From: Malacoraja senta
Taxonomy: Eukaryota
Direction of reading: 5' to 3'
Length of the DNA: 64,000 nt
NCBI GenBank assembly: GCA_038087875.1
Contig: CM075987.1
Span: 26,724,001-26,788,000, forward strand
The notes below the pieces were generated by a model. The model ran no database searches, was not told the DNA's origin, and worked only from the letters and a program-made list of their open reading frames with translations. Position numbers and translations under genes: made by a program. Shown in pieces: positions 49,177-61,508 of this stretch; the stretch's first letter is position 1; each line of letters begins with the position of its first letter.

Positions 49177-50162
49177 AATAAATGATTTGGACGAGGGAAT
49201 AGAATGCAACATCTCCAAGTTTGCGGATGACACGAAGCTGGGGAGCAGTGTTAGCTGTGAGGAGGGTGCTAGGAGGCTGCAAGATGACTTGGATAGGCTG
49301 GGTGAGTGGGCAAATGCATGGGAGATGCAGTATAATGTGGATAAATGTGAGGTTATCCACTTTGGTGGCAAAAACAGGAAAGTAGACTATTACCTGAATG
49401 GTGGCCGATTAGGAAAAGGGGAGATGCAACGAGACCTGGGTGTCATGGTACACCAGTCATTGAAAGTGGGCATGCAGGTGCAGCAGGCAGTGAAGAAAGC
49501 GAATGGTATGTTAGCATTCATAGCAAGAGGATTGAGTATAGGAGCAGGGAGGTTCTACTGCAGTTGTACAGGGTCTTGGTGAGACCACACCTGGAGTATT
49601 GCGTACAGTTTTGGTCTCCTAATCTGAGGAAGGACATTCTTGCCATAGAGGGAGTACAGAGAAGGTTCGCCAGACTGATTCCTGGGATGTCAGGACTTTC
49701 ATATGAGGAAAGACTGGATAGACTCGGCTTGTACTCGCTAGAATTTAGAAAATTGAGGGGGGATCTTATAGAAACTTACAAAATTCTTAAGGGGTTGGAC
49801 AGGCTAGATGCAGGAAGATTGTTCCCGATGTTGGGGAAGTCCAGAACAAGGGGTCACAGTTTAAGGATAAAGGGGAAATCTATTAGGACTGAGATGAGAA
49901 AAACTTTTTTACACAGAGAGTGGTGAATCTCTGGAACTCTCTGCTACAGAGGGTAGTTGAGGCCAGTTCATTGGCTATATTTAAGAGGGAGTTAGATGTG
50001 GCCCTTGTGGCTAAAGGGATCAGGGGGTATGGAGAGAAGGCAGGTACAGGATACTGAGTTGGATAATCAGCCATGATCATATTGAATGGCGGTGCAGGCT
50101 CGAAGGGCCGAATGGCCTACTCCTACTCCTGCACCTATTTTCTATGTTTCTATGTTTCTATA
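49177..50162 (+). mobile_element. 5'-truncated CR1 LINE (RT C-terminal half), same subfamily as 7921-10156
   Basis: [34 protein letters not shown]; (TATGTTTC)n tail; inserted at the AATAAA of a Rex1-like tail. Confidence 0.93.
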
Positions 50163-51364
50163 AACTCATTCATAGTAGTTCAGGACTGCTCACTAGTTGT
50201 GGGTAGGATGGTTCAGTTGCCTGATAACAGCGGGCAATTCTGTTGCACAGAAGTTACGAGCTGACAGTGCAATTATGGCTTTCATGGCCAGCCACAGCAT
50301 GAGTCTACACGGCAATAAAACAAATCAACAATAGGCCATAAAACAAATGGATTTACGTCACTAGAACAGTGGATAGAACAGAGTGAATTGCACAGATGAT
50401 TTTGACATTAATATTCCACGCCATTTCATAGACATGGTTCGTTTGCTCGTGTGTCAGACGACGTATAGCTCGCTGTTGGCTTCCGTCCTCGTCCAACATG
50501 GTGACAGCATTGTTCGCCTGATTGGCGTCACTGAGCGCATCGTGTCGTCGTTTCCGGGGATCGCCACGAAGAAGCTTCTGTCATGATCCCCATAAACATG
50601 GTGAGTTGAGTTTTAGTGTAGTTTAGTCTGGAGATACAGCACGGAAACAGGCCCTCCGGCCAACCGAGCCCGCGCCGACCAGCGACCCACTAACATTATC
50701 CTACACACTAGGGACAATTCAAAACGTGGAATAAAATAAACACTTAAGAAATTAGTTCATTTATGTTTTTTGCTCATGTGACAAAATAAATTATACATAA
50801 AATTATACCCAATGGAGAATAAGATGAAAATGACCAAAAAACAGAAGAAAATGTAGTGGAGGGTGAATGACACTGAATTAGTTTAAGAAGCACTGTACTA
50901 GAGGACGGTTCAGCTACCACGACAATAGACAATAGACAATAGGTGCAGGAGTAGGCCATTCAGCCCTCCAAGCCAGCACCGCCATTCAATGTGATCATGG
51001 CTGATCATCCCCAATCAGTTCCCCGTTCCTGCCTTCTCCCCATATCCCCTGACTCCGCACTGTTTAACAGCCCTATCTAGCTATGCAGTTGATTCCATTT
51101 CAGAGGTATTTAAGAGTCAACTGCAGCGTCTATTGGTAATGGGATTTGAATCACAAAGCCGATTACTAATGGATAATGGCTCTCAATGGTTCAATGGTTC
51201 TTTGTTGTCATCTACGCACAGCACAGAGAATTGCATTTGGGCAACGCTAAATCCAGTCGCCCCAATCTTGCCGCCGTTTTAAAAAGTCAGAGATCAAAAC
51301 CACAGCAGCCCAAATTACAATGTCCAGTCCACGTGTGGGAAGTCCTAAAGTGCCCCCCGGTTCA

Positions 51365-52035
51365 GGTGCGATACGATAAGATATGGTACGATACGGTACG
51401 GTACAATATGGTATGACACGATACAGTACGATACAGTACGGTACGATACAATGAGTTTAGAAGGATGAGAGGGGATCTCATTGAAACATATAAGATTGTT
51501 AAGGGCTTGGACACACTAGAGGCAGGAAACATGTTCCCGATGTTGGGGGAGTCCAGAACCAGGGGCCACACAGTTTAAGAATGAGGAGTAAGCCATTTAG
51601 AACGGAGATGAGGAAACACTTTTTCTCACAGAGAGTGGTGAGTGTGTGGAATTCTCTGCCTCAGAGGGTGGTGGAGGCAGGTTCTCTGGATGCTTTCAAG
51701 AGAGAGCTAGACAGGGCTCTTAAAGATAGCGGAGTCAGGGGATATGGGGAGAAGGCAGGAACGGGGTACTGATTGGGGATGATCAGCCATGATCACATTG
51801 AATGGCGGTGCTGGCTCGAAGGTCCGAATGGCCTACTCCTGCACCTATTGTCAATTGTCTATTGTCTATTGATACGATGGGGTGCGATACGGTATGGTAC
51901 AATACGATACGATAAGATACGATGCAATACAATACGATACTAACAGTACGGTACGATACGATATGGTGTGATACGATACTGTACGATACGGTGCACACGA
52001 TACGATACGATACGGTACAATACAGTACGATACGA
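51365..52035. repeat. (TACGA)n-type repeat split by a CR1 3' end (51453-51870, +)
   Basis: Repeat blocks at 51365-51450 and 51871-52035; this is the tail of a reverse Rex1-like 3' UTR (52035-52195) matching 56520-56695. Confidence 0.8.
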
Positions 52036-52945
52036 ATTCCTCCCAGGAGGGAAATTGATCTGCCAACAGTCATAAAACACAAGATACATGAAACATGAAA
52101 TTAAAGTGACGCGTGGAAAGTTCAGGATTGGGGGTGTGCAAATATTGAGGGGTGGGGGGGGGAGGGGAGTCAGTCTACCCCACGACAGAAGGGGGAAATG
52201 TAAAAATTGTCCCTAGTGGGTGTAGGATAGTGTTAATGTGTGCGGGGATCGCTGGTCGGCGCGGACCCGGTGGGCCGAAGGGCCTGTTTCCACGCTTTAT
52301 CTCTGAGCTAAAGTCCGAGACAGAGTCTGAAAAACGGTCTCTACCCGAAATGTCACCCGTTCCTTCTCTCCAGAGATGCTGCCTGTCCCGCTGAGTTACT
52401 CCAGCATTTTGTGTCGATCATCGCAGATGAATCTTTGTCCATCTCCTAGATTGCTCACAGTGTTTGATGCTCTTCAGTAAAGGCTTGCCCAACCTTTTGT
52501 GGTGTGTTTGAAAGTTTTCTATAACAGATACCAAGGCATCTGTCTTGTTCTGCTTACTGTGTGAAGAATGTGGACTCTTCAAAGCCTTCAGCAGCAATAA
52601 TCAGCAGCTCTATATTCAAGGTGTTGCAACACGGAGCTATGTTGCTGCACTCATTTCAAGAGATCATGACACCATTAGCCAAAAGCACCAGGGAAGTAAC
52701 TCTGAGCCCTCAGTTGTTGGTTAATATATTACTCCATTCCAGCTTGCAAATCCTTCCAGCTTGATGAGTGTGGCATGCATCCTCGCGATCTACTTGAGTC
52801 TGGTCCACAGGGTCAGGCACAATCAGCGGCATCTGCAGCTCCTTCCTTTCCAGTGGGATTTAAATGCAGCTCGACCCTGTTCTTAACAAAATGTGTCGGA
52901 AGGAACTGCAGATGCTGGTTAACACCGAAGATGGGCAGAAAATTA

Positions 52946-53473
52946 CAACGGAGACGAGGAAACACATTTTCTTAGAACGGAGACGAGGAAACACTTTTTT
53001 CTCACAGAGAGTGGTGAGTCTGTGGAATTCTCTGCCTCAGAGGGCGGTGGAGGCGGGTTCATCTGGATGCTTTCAAGAGAGAGCTAGATAGGGCTCTTGA
53101 AAATAGCGGAGTCAGGGGATATGGGGAGAAGGCAGGAACGGGGTACTGATTGGGGATGATCAGCCATTTTACAACGATACCAATCCAATTAACCTACAAA
53201 CCTGTACGTCTTTGGAGTGTGGGAGGAGACCTCCCGGAGAAAAACCGCGCAGGTCACGGGGAGAACGTACAGACAACGCCCGTAGTCAGGATCGAACTCA
53301 GGTCCCTGGCGCTGTGAGGCAGCAACTCTACCGCTGCCCCACCGTGCCGCTGCTAGTGCAAGCCACCTCAATGGGAGACACAGTGGCTCATGTACATTGA
53401 ATGGCGGTGCTGGCTCGAAGGGCCGAATGGCCTACTCCTTCACCTATTGTCTTTTCTCTATTGTCTATTGTCT
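52946..53473 (+). mobile_element. CR1 3' end containing a 236-bp inverted templated insertion (53166-53401)
   Basis: CR1 tail split between CAGCCAT and CATTGAATGGCGG. Confidence 0.8.
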
Positions 53474-53781
53474 AAAATGCAGGAGTAACTCAGCGGGACA
53501 GGCAGCATCTCTGGAGAGAAGGAATGGCTGACGTTTTGAGTCAAGACTCTTCGGACTGAGTCTGGGGAGAGGGAAACTAGTGGTTTGGTTTCTATCACGA
53601 CTGTAGCAGCATTACTGCTAGTGAGGTGCACCCTCCCTCATTCTATTCCTTGGACCAAATCACCACTCTGGAGATGTTTTTGATGAAGTGGCTCCAGCTG
53701 GCGTGGCCATGTTTGGCGATGAAAATGACTTTCATTGTACACGAGCCACTGTGTCTCCCATTGAGGTGGCTTGCACTAACA

Positions 53782-54075
53782 GCGGCACGGTGGCGCAGCG
53801 GGAGAGTTGCTGCATCACAGCGCCAGGGACCTGAGTTCGATCCTGACTACGGGTGCTGTCTGTACGTTCTCCCCGTGACCTGCGCGGTTTTTCTCCGGGA
53901 GGTCTCCTCCCACACTCCAAAGACGTACAGGTTTGTAGGTTAATTGGATTGGTATCATTGTAAAATTGTCCCTAGTGTGTGTAGGATAGTGTTAATGAGC
54001 GGGGATCGCTGGTCAGCGCGGACGCGGTGGGCCGAAGGGACTGTTTCCGCGCTGTATCTCTAAACTAAACTAAAC
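53782..54075 (+). mobile_element. V-SINE
   Basis: Consensus match with private deletions. Confidence 0.88.
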
Positions 54076-54479
54076 TGTGTTTTCCATTGAGGCGGGCTTG
54101 TACTAGCAACTCGGCCAATTATAAGTCATGTAAGGAGAGGAGTCAAATTTCATACATTTCTTAGCTGCTGTTTTGTTATCTATAATTATAGGTTCATCTA
54201 TTCTGCAGGATGAATCATTGTCTGCTTATAATTACATTCCTAATTCTCTTTGATAGCACCAAGTAAATCCGTCCTGTAGGAATTAATCATCTATTCACTG
54301 GCAATGAATGGACAATGGGCTTGGGTGAGACGAGAGACAGTTACATGAATGACATTTGTGATTGTTTCAGATACTTGCTCACCTTGCTGAAAGGGCCTGA
54401 AATAGGCAGAATGCGCAGATCAGTAAGTCGTGACTGAAATAATGAGTCTAATTCCGAGGCAGTAATTGGGGCTGAGTTC

Positions 54480-55115
54480 AGGATGCATCGCAGCATGGTT
54501 TGGGAACAGCTCCGTCCAAGAACGCAAGAAAAATCGCAGCGAATTGTGGACGCAGCCCAGACCATCACACAATCCAACCTCCCTCCCACTGAAGAAGGGG
54601 CGTCCCGAAACGTCGCCCATTCTTTCCATCCAGAGATGCTGCCTCTCCCGCTGAGTTACTCCAGCATTTTGTGTCTATCTCCCTTCCACTGACTCCATCT
54701 ACACCTCACGCTGCCTCGGCAAGGACAGCAGCGCAATCAAGGTCGAGTCGCACCCCGGCCACTCCCTCTTCTCCCCTCTCCCATCGGGCGAAAGGAATAG
54801 AAGTGTGAAAACGCACACTTCCAGATTCAGGGACAGTTTCTTCCCAGCTGTTATCAGGCAACTGAACCATCCTACCACAACCAGAGAGCGGTCCTGAACT
54901 ATTATTTGCCTCATTGGTGACGCCGGACTATCTTTGATTGGACTTTGCTGGCTTTACTTTGCACTAAACATTATTCCCTTATCATGTATCTGTGCACTGT
55001 AGGCAGCTTGACTGTAATCACGTATTGTCTTTCCGCTGACTGGTTAGCACGCAACAAAAGCTTTTCACTGTACCTCAGTACACGTGACAATAAACGAAAC
55101 TGAACGGAACTGAAC
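54480..55115 (+). mobile_element. Rex1-like 3' fragment interrupted by a PLE end (about 54587-54682)
   Basis: Coding remnant CIAAWFGN, CCATCGGG..AGATTCAGGGACAGTTTCTTCCC, tail CTGTACCTCAGTACACGTGACAATAAAC. Confidence 0.7.
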
Positions 55116-55129
55116 TTAATCATCTATTC

Positions 55130-55349
55130 TGAAGATAGACACACAATGCTGGAGTAACTCAGCAGGACAGGCAGCATCTCTGGAGTGACGGAATAGGTGA
55201 TGTTTCGGGTCGAGTCCGTTCTTCAGACTCAAACCAAAACGTCACCCATTACATCTCTCCAGAGATGCTGCCTGTCCCACTGAGTTACTCCAGCATTTTG
55301 TGTCTATCTTCGGTTTAAACCAGCATCTGCAGTTCCTTCCTACACATCC
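55130..55349. mobile_element. PLE-derived fold-back element
   Basis: Inverted arms; perfect 13-bp TSD TAATCATCTATTC at 55117-55129 and 55350-55362. Confidence 0.82.
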
Positions 55350-55380
55350 TAATCATCTATTCATTGGCAATGAATGGACA

Positions 55381-55748
55381 AAGATTGTTAAGGGCTTGGA
55401 CACGCTAGAGGCAGGAAACATGTACCCGATGTTGGGGGAGTCCAGAACCAGGGGCCACAGTTTAAGAATAAGGAGTAAGCCATTAAGAACGAGACGAGGA
55501 AACACTTTTTCTCACAGAGAGTGGTGAGTCTGTGGAATTCTCTGCCTCAGAGGGCGGTGGAGGCCGGTTCTCTGGATGCTTTCAAGAGAGAGCTGGATAG
55601 GGCACTTAAAAATAGCAGAGTCAGGGGATATGGGGAGAAGGCAGGAACGGGGTACTGATTGGGGATGATCAGCCATGAATGGCGGTGCTGGCTCGAAGGG
55701 CCAAATGGCCTACTCCTGCACCTATTGTCTATTGTCTATTGTCTATAG
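55381..55748 (+). mobile_element. CR1 3' end, (TATTGTC)n tail
   Basis: Near-identical to 20895-21267. Confidence 0.88.
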
Positions 55749-55804
55749 TAATGGGCTTGGGCAAGACGGGTGACTTTTACAAGAATTACATTTGTGAATG
55801 TTTG

Positions 55805-56694
55805 GGGGCAGAGTTGGATTCATGGGAGGTGGTCTTGGAGGGGAGGATGCTCCTCAAACTGCAGAGCATCCTGGACAATACAGCTGTAGTGGCCATTTGG
55901 CTTGTTTTGCATGTCGTTTGATGATGGCAAGTGCCTTTAAATTTTTGTCTGCCCGTTCGTTATATTGTGGGTGGGATTTATGACGTATTTTTGGGCCTGT
56001 TTTGGGCTCTGTATTTTGCACGGAAGCTTAATTGTTAGTTTTAGGTTGGAGGATCATGGAGAAGGTTTACCCTTCGACCCTTCGACCACGCGAGGTGTAA
56101 AGGAGATCATGCGAAGTGTAACGGAGACACGAGGAGTTCGATGAGGATTGTAGTCAAGTCGGAAAAAATTTGGATGTATCTTACTGTTTTCTATCAACAA
56201 TAAAGAATTTATTCATCAAAAGACTGTGTTTTGGAAGACTTATCTTTGAAGAAGCTCTGAAGGTCTCTGTGGGTGAGCTCGCAAGCGTTTCGAAGACATT
56301 CCCCTTAACCATGCTCATCCATTTAGCGGCTAGAGGGTTAATTTCTCGAACGATATAAAAATCGGCCGCTACACAACTCACTCCCTCCGTGACACACTGG
56401 TCAACCTGAGGAGCACCTTCAGCAACAGACTGGTTCCACCAAGATGCAGCACAGAACGCCACAGGAGATCCTTCTTCCCTGTGGCTATCAAACTGTACAA
56501 CTCCTCCTCCCCCTTGTCATGGGCTAGACTGACTCCCCCACCCCACCACCTCCCCTCCCCAATCTTTGCACATCCCCAATCCTTTCCACGCGTCACTTTA
56601 ATTTCACGTTTCATGTATCTTGTGTTTTACGACTGTCGGCAGATCAATTTCCCTCCTGGGATAAATAAAGTGTTATCGTATTGTATCGTATCGT
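55805..56694 (+). mobile_element. Rex1-like 3' fragment interrupted by a TG...CA element
   Basis: Pieces at 55805-55884 and 56374-56694; GGGATAAATAAAG followed by a (TATCG)n tail. Confidence 0.6.
55885..56373. mobile_element. Probable solo LTR or small TIR element
   Basis: Termini TGTAGTGGCC / GGCCGCTACA; imperfect 4-bp flanks CAGC/CAAC; internal AATAAA. Confidence 0.5.
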
Positions 56695-57194
56695 ATACTT
56701 TATCACCGTACTGAAAAGGCTTGAAATAGGCAGACTGCGCAGATCAGTAAGTCGTGACTGAAGCGACTGCAGTCCAATTCAGACCCAGTAATTGTAGCCA
56801 AATTGAATTACAATAAATGCTTGATTTTAGCAAAAGCAAATCAGTGAGGTTTGAAACAGAAAACTCGACAATAGTTAATTATTCAGATGAAATGGGTGAC
56901 GTTTCGGATCGAGACCCTTCTTCAGACTAAACAGCATCTCTTATTTTACCTGGGCAGCTCACAGCCTAGTGGTATGAAAATCAAATTCTCTAACTTCAAG
57001 TAACCCCGGCATTCCCTCTCTCTCCACCCCTCCCCCACCCAGGTCGCACCAGCTTCTCGATTTCACCCAACAAACAGCTAACAACAAGCCTGTTGCCTTT
57101 ATCATTTATTTTTCCATTCATTGTTCTTTATCACTCTATACATCATCTGCAGTTCCTTCCTACACAATACTGTAAATGCAGCCTCGCCAATGCA

Positions 57195-57437
57195 CTCTCA
57201 CAGAGAGTGGTGAGTCCGTGGAATTCTCTGCCTCAGAGGGCGGTGGAGGCCGGTTCTCTGGATACTTTCAAGAAAGAGCTAGATAGGGCTCTTAAAAATA
57301 GCAGAGTCAGGGGAAATGGGGAGAAGGCAGGAACGGGGTACTGATTGGGGATGATCAGCCATGATCACATTGAATGGCGGTGCTGGATCGAAGGGCCGAA
57401 TGGACTGCTCCTGCGCCTATTGTCTATTGTCTATTGC
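57195..57437 (+). mobile_element. CR1 3' end
   Basis: SQRVVSPWNSLP; (TATTGTC)n tail. Confidence 0.85.
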
Positions 57438-58389
57438 CAACGTCTTGTACAACTGCATAGCTTGCCTCCCTAGTTTAGAGATACAGCATGAAAACAGACT
57501 CTTTGGCCCACCGAGTCCATGCCGACCAGCGATCACCCCTACACTAGTTCCATCCCACACACCAGGGAAATTCCCAGAAACCAATTAAACTACAAACGTG
57601 TGCAGGAAGGAACTGCAGATGCTGGTTTAACCTGAAGATAGACACAAAAAGCTGAAGTAACTCCACGGGTCAGCCAGGTGTTGTCTGACCTGCTGAGTTA
57701 CTCCAACTTTTAACCTACAAACTTGGCTGGATGCATTTTGTAATAGTTCCACCAGAAGAATAAATGATCCACCTCGGCTTTCTCCCGAGATCCGGATCAT
57801 GACAGAAATCAGTCTTCAAACAATTCGATTCCCTCTGCGTGAAGTCAAGAAAGGTTTGTCACCAATCGATGTAGTAAAATGCCATGGGTCTAGGCAATGA
57901 CCGAGCTGCAGGATTAAAGAGTGGAAACAAGAAACTGCTGATGCTGGCATGTACAAAGGTGCTGTAGTGATTCCGCAGCAACTCGATTCCATAGTAACTC
58001 GACCTAAGTCACCTACTCCTTTTGTCTTGAGATGCTACTTGACCCGCTGAGTTACTCCAGCACTTTGCGTCTACCTTCGGTTACGAGCATCTGCTGTTCC
58101 GTCCTACACAACTATTTTGATCCTTTATAATTACAGGCTGTCTCAGTAAGTGCCTTAGTAACGTGATGTACTCAGAAGAGATCCCAGATAGTCAAGATTG
58201 ATGAGGGACATCAAAGAGGTAGCTAGTAGTTCAGAGAGCAGCCCTGAACTGCCATCTACCTCTTTGATGTCCCTCGGACTATTCTTGACCAGACTTTGTT
58301 GGCTTTACCTTGCACTAAACGTTATCCCCTTATCATGTATCTATACAGTACACTGTAAATGGCTCGATTGTAATCATGTATTGTCTTTC

Positions 58390-59242
58390 TACAGTCTTTC
58401 TAAAGTGGGCGGCGTAACTCATGTTGCAGCAGCCTCTGCAGTCCGTCTGTCTTTTGTTTTTTTTCCGTTTGAGTTTCGTACAGTGTTTTTTTTAACTGGG
58501 TATGTGTGGGGGGGCGGGGGGTGGGGGTGGGGAAACTTTTAAAATCTTTTCCCTGTATGGAGGACCCGACCTTTCTCTGTCGGGTCTCCGTTGTCGTTGG
58601 GGCCTAGCACCGTGGAGCGGCCTCCAACCGGGACGACCTGGGGCTCCAGTCGCGGAGCCTGCAGACTTACTCACCATCGTGGAGCTGGCCGAGTTCGGAG
58701 CGGGAGGAGCTGTGGTGGCGCGCTGCTGCTACCCGACCCCGGAGATTCGGAGGCTTCAGCCGCAGGTCTGGTGGACGGTAACATCGGGAGCTCGCGGGTC
58801 CATGGTGGGAGACCGCTTTTCGGGGCTCCCGCAACGGCAGCTACTCCCGCCCGAGTTGCGGGGTTGAGGATGACCTGGAGCGGGGTCTGGCATCGCCCGG
58901 CGCGGCATTGGTGGCCGTGGGACTTGCTGGCGCTACCGGGGGCTCCAACATCAAGACCCGGAGCGTGGCCTTGCATCGCCCGGCGCGGCTTTAATGGCCG
59001 CGGGACATATCTACAATCGCCCGACGGGGGCTTTGACTTTGACATCGGGAGGAGAATGTGGAGTGCACGGGGAGAAATAAGACTTTGCCTTCCATCACAG
59101 TGAGGAGGAGATTCACTGTGATGGATGTTTGTGTAAATTGTGTTGTGTCTTGGTTCTTCTACTTGTTTGTATGACTGCAGAAACAGAATTTCGTTTGAAC
59201 TTAGGTTCAAATGACAACAAATAAATATCTATCTATCTATCT
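58390..59242 (+). mobile_element. CpG-rich unclassified retroposon inserted in a Rex1-like tail
   Basis: Splits GTATTGTCTTTC|ACTGACTGGTTAGCAC; ends AAATGACAACAAATAAA-(TATC)n. Confidence 0.55.
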
Positions 59243-59452
59243 ACTGACTGGTTAGCACACATCCAAAGCTTTTCGCTGTACCTCGGTACATGTGACAATA
59301 AATTGTACTGAAGTTGCACATTCAGTCATACTATCTCTGGAATTCTTAAAAACTGTTAACTCTTGGAAAATAATTTTTAAAGGTTTCAGAAGTTACCTGT
59401 TCTAGCCCAGCCTCAGCCTCAGCCTCAGCCTCATGGAATAACATTCCAGCTG

Positions 59453-59602
59453 TCAATAGACAATAGACAATAGGTGCAGGAGTAGGCCATTTGGCCCTTC
59501 GAGACAGCACCGCCATTCAATGTGATCATGGCTGATCATCCCCAATCAGTACCCCGTTCCTGCCTTCTCCCCATATCCCCTGACTCCGCTATCTTTAAGA
59601 GA
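59453..59602 (-). mobile_element. CR1 3' end
   Basis: Reverse (TATTGTC)n tail subfamily. Confidence 0.8.
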
Positions 59603-59669
59603 TGAGACATGTCTAATTCAATGAGGCATGCTGGAATGCGACACTGCAAATTCAATTCCCTCCCTTAGG

Positions 59670-59875
59670 TACTCAGTGGGACAGGCAGCATCTCTGGAGA
59701 GAAGGAACGGGTGATGTTTCGGGTTGGGACCCGTTGAAGGAAGTCTGAAGAAAAGTCTCGACCCGAAACGTCACCCATTCCTTCTCTCCAGAGATGCTGC
59801 CTGTCCCTCTGAGTTACTCCAGCTTTTTGTGTCTATCTTCGGTTTAAACCAGCATCTGCAGTTCCTTCCCACACA
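59670..59875. mobile_element. PLE-derived fold-back element
   Basis: Inverted arms; CTGAAGAAAAGTCTCGACCCGAAACGTC. Confidence 0.7.
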
Positions 59876-60771
59876 TACCTGCTGTGTTGCTGCAAGCAAG
59901 TTTTTAATTTTCCCATTTCTTGAATCCAATTTGATTTAGCCAGTATTTATGCTCCACACAAGTTTCCTCCCGCCTCACTTCATCAACATGCTCCATCCAC
60001 CAGGTCTTAAGTTGTACCCCCGAGTGTTATTTTGTGAAAGAAATCTATTTAATTTGCAATTGAATGAATTAAGTCTACTTGCATCCACAGCTTGCCTTGG
60101 GAGGTTATTTCATTGACTAGCCAGTTGTTCACTGAAATAGTGTTTCAGTAGATTAGTTTTTGAATTTATCCCCTTTATTCACTGGTGATGTCCACTGGTT
60201 TATAATTCTGCTCCAGATGAGATTGCTTGTCATGTTTAAGAAGGAACTGCAGATGCTGGAACAATCGAAGGTAGACAAAAATGCTGGAGAAACTCAGCGG
60301 GTGAGGCAGCATCTATGGAGCGAAGGAACAGGTGAGGTTTGGGTTGAGTTCCTCCAGCATTTTGTGTGTAATATCTTTTTGAATTCAATGGCATTTTGCT
60401 TTGTACAGTATTTGCTCTTCATGCAGCTTAATGCAGTTTCTGTCACAGCAAGGCTGATCCTTACTTGAGAAGGCGGCTTAATTAGGATTGAGTCAGGGCA
60501 CTTAGATAGCATCCATAAATATTTCAGCTGGACTCATTCACGGTTCATGCCTGCCACGTCAGATTTCTCCAGCTATTCATTGATCAAGTGTCGTTTCCCA
60601 GGAGAATAAACAAATAAGGAATCCATGGTATCAACGCTGTGAAGGCATTTCCTCATTGTTAATGCTACTTTTGTAGCTCGCAGCAAAAAGCATACTGGAG
60701 TGTAAGCTGCCCAATTTGCCCAAACCGTAGGTATGCAAGCAGAGAATTCCACCGTGACTTGTCACTTGTGG

Positions 60772-60914
60772 GGGGTGGGAGATTGCAACCTTCACGTGGT
60801 CCGCCCTGTTTCGACGAATGCAATCAACCCGGCGTGCACAACCAAGTAAGATAAAATAGAACAAGTTGTCCTACAACTTTAGGCTGCGCACGCCATACGC
60901 AAGAAGACGAAGAA
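60772..60914 (+). mobile_element. About 140-bp short retroposon with (AAG)n tail
   Basis: 11-bp TSD GTCACTTGTGG at 60761-60771 and 60915-60925; second copy at 33736. Confidence 0.8.
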
Positions 60915-61508
60915 GTCACTTGTGGCAATAAAATATTCATTCATATGAATCTGGAATTTTAGAAAACCTTTCGTATGGTATGAAGGATTTGAAAGAGATT
61001 AAATGATTAAGTTGTTTGCCACTCTGAGCTGTAATGTATGACCAACATGTTGAATCTTACATTCAAAGTTCAAACTCGGTTGACTTCAATGGAACTGAAT
61101 TTCAGAAGGAGTGTTGTGTTGCTGTTTCATCGTGCCTTTTGGACTGAATTCTTTTATAATAGCCTTCTGGAAAAATAACCTCGTCTGAAACGGAATAAAA
61201 GAGAAAAGATAAAAGAGTCAAGAGAGAGCTAGATAAGAGCTCTTCAAGATAGCGGAGTCAGGGGATATGGGGAGAAGGCAGGAACGGGGTACTGATTGGG
61301 GATGATCAGCCATGATCACAGTGAATGGCTGTGCTGGCTCGAAGGGCCGAATGGCCTACTCCTGCACCTATTGTCTATTGAGTCGTCGCCCTTCCTCAGA
61401 TAATTGCCAGGGGTTTGTGATGTCCCAACCTGCTATGATTAATCTGCAGATTAATAATTTGTATACAGGGCTAAAATAAGTGATCATACTTGCAAACAGT
61501 ATTTACAC

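Noticed and set aside
58502..59210. Overlapping 121-179 aa ORFs
   Set aside because: Open on both strands because of high GC inside an inserted repeat; no protein motifs
59406..59432. (CCTCAG)n hexamer as a coding repeat
   Set aside because: Short simple repeat with no supporting ORF or exon
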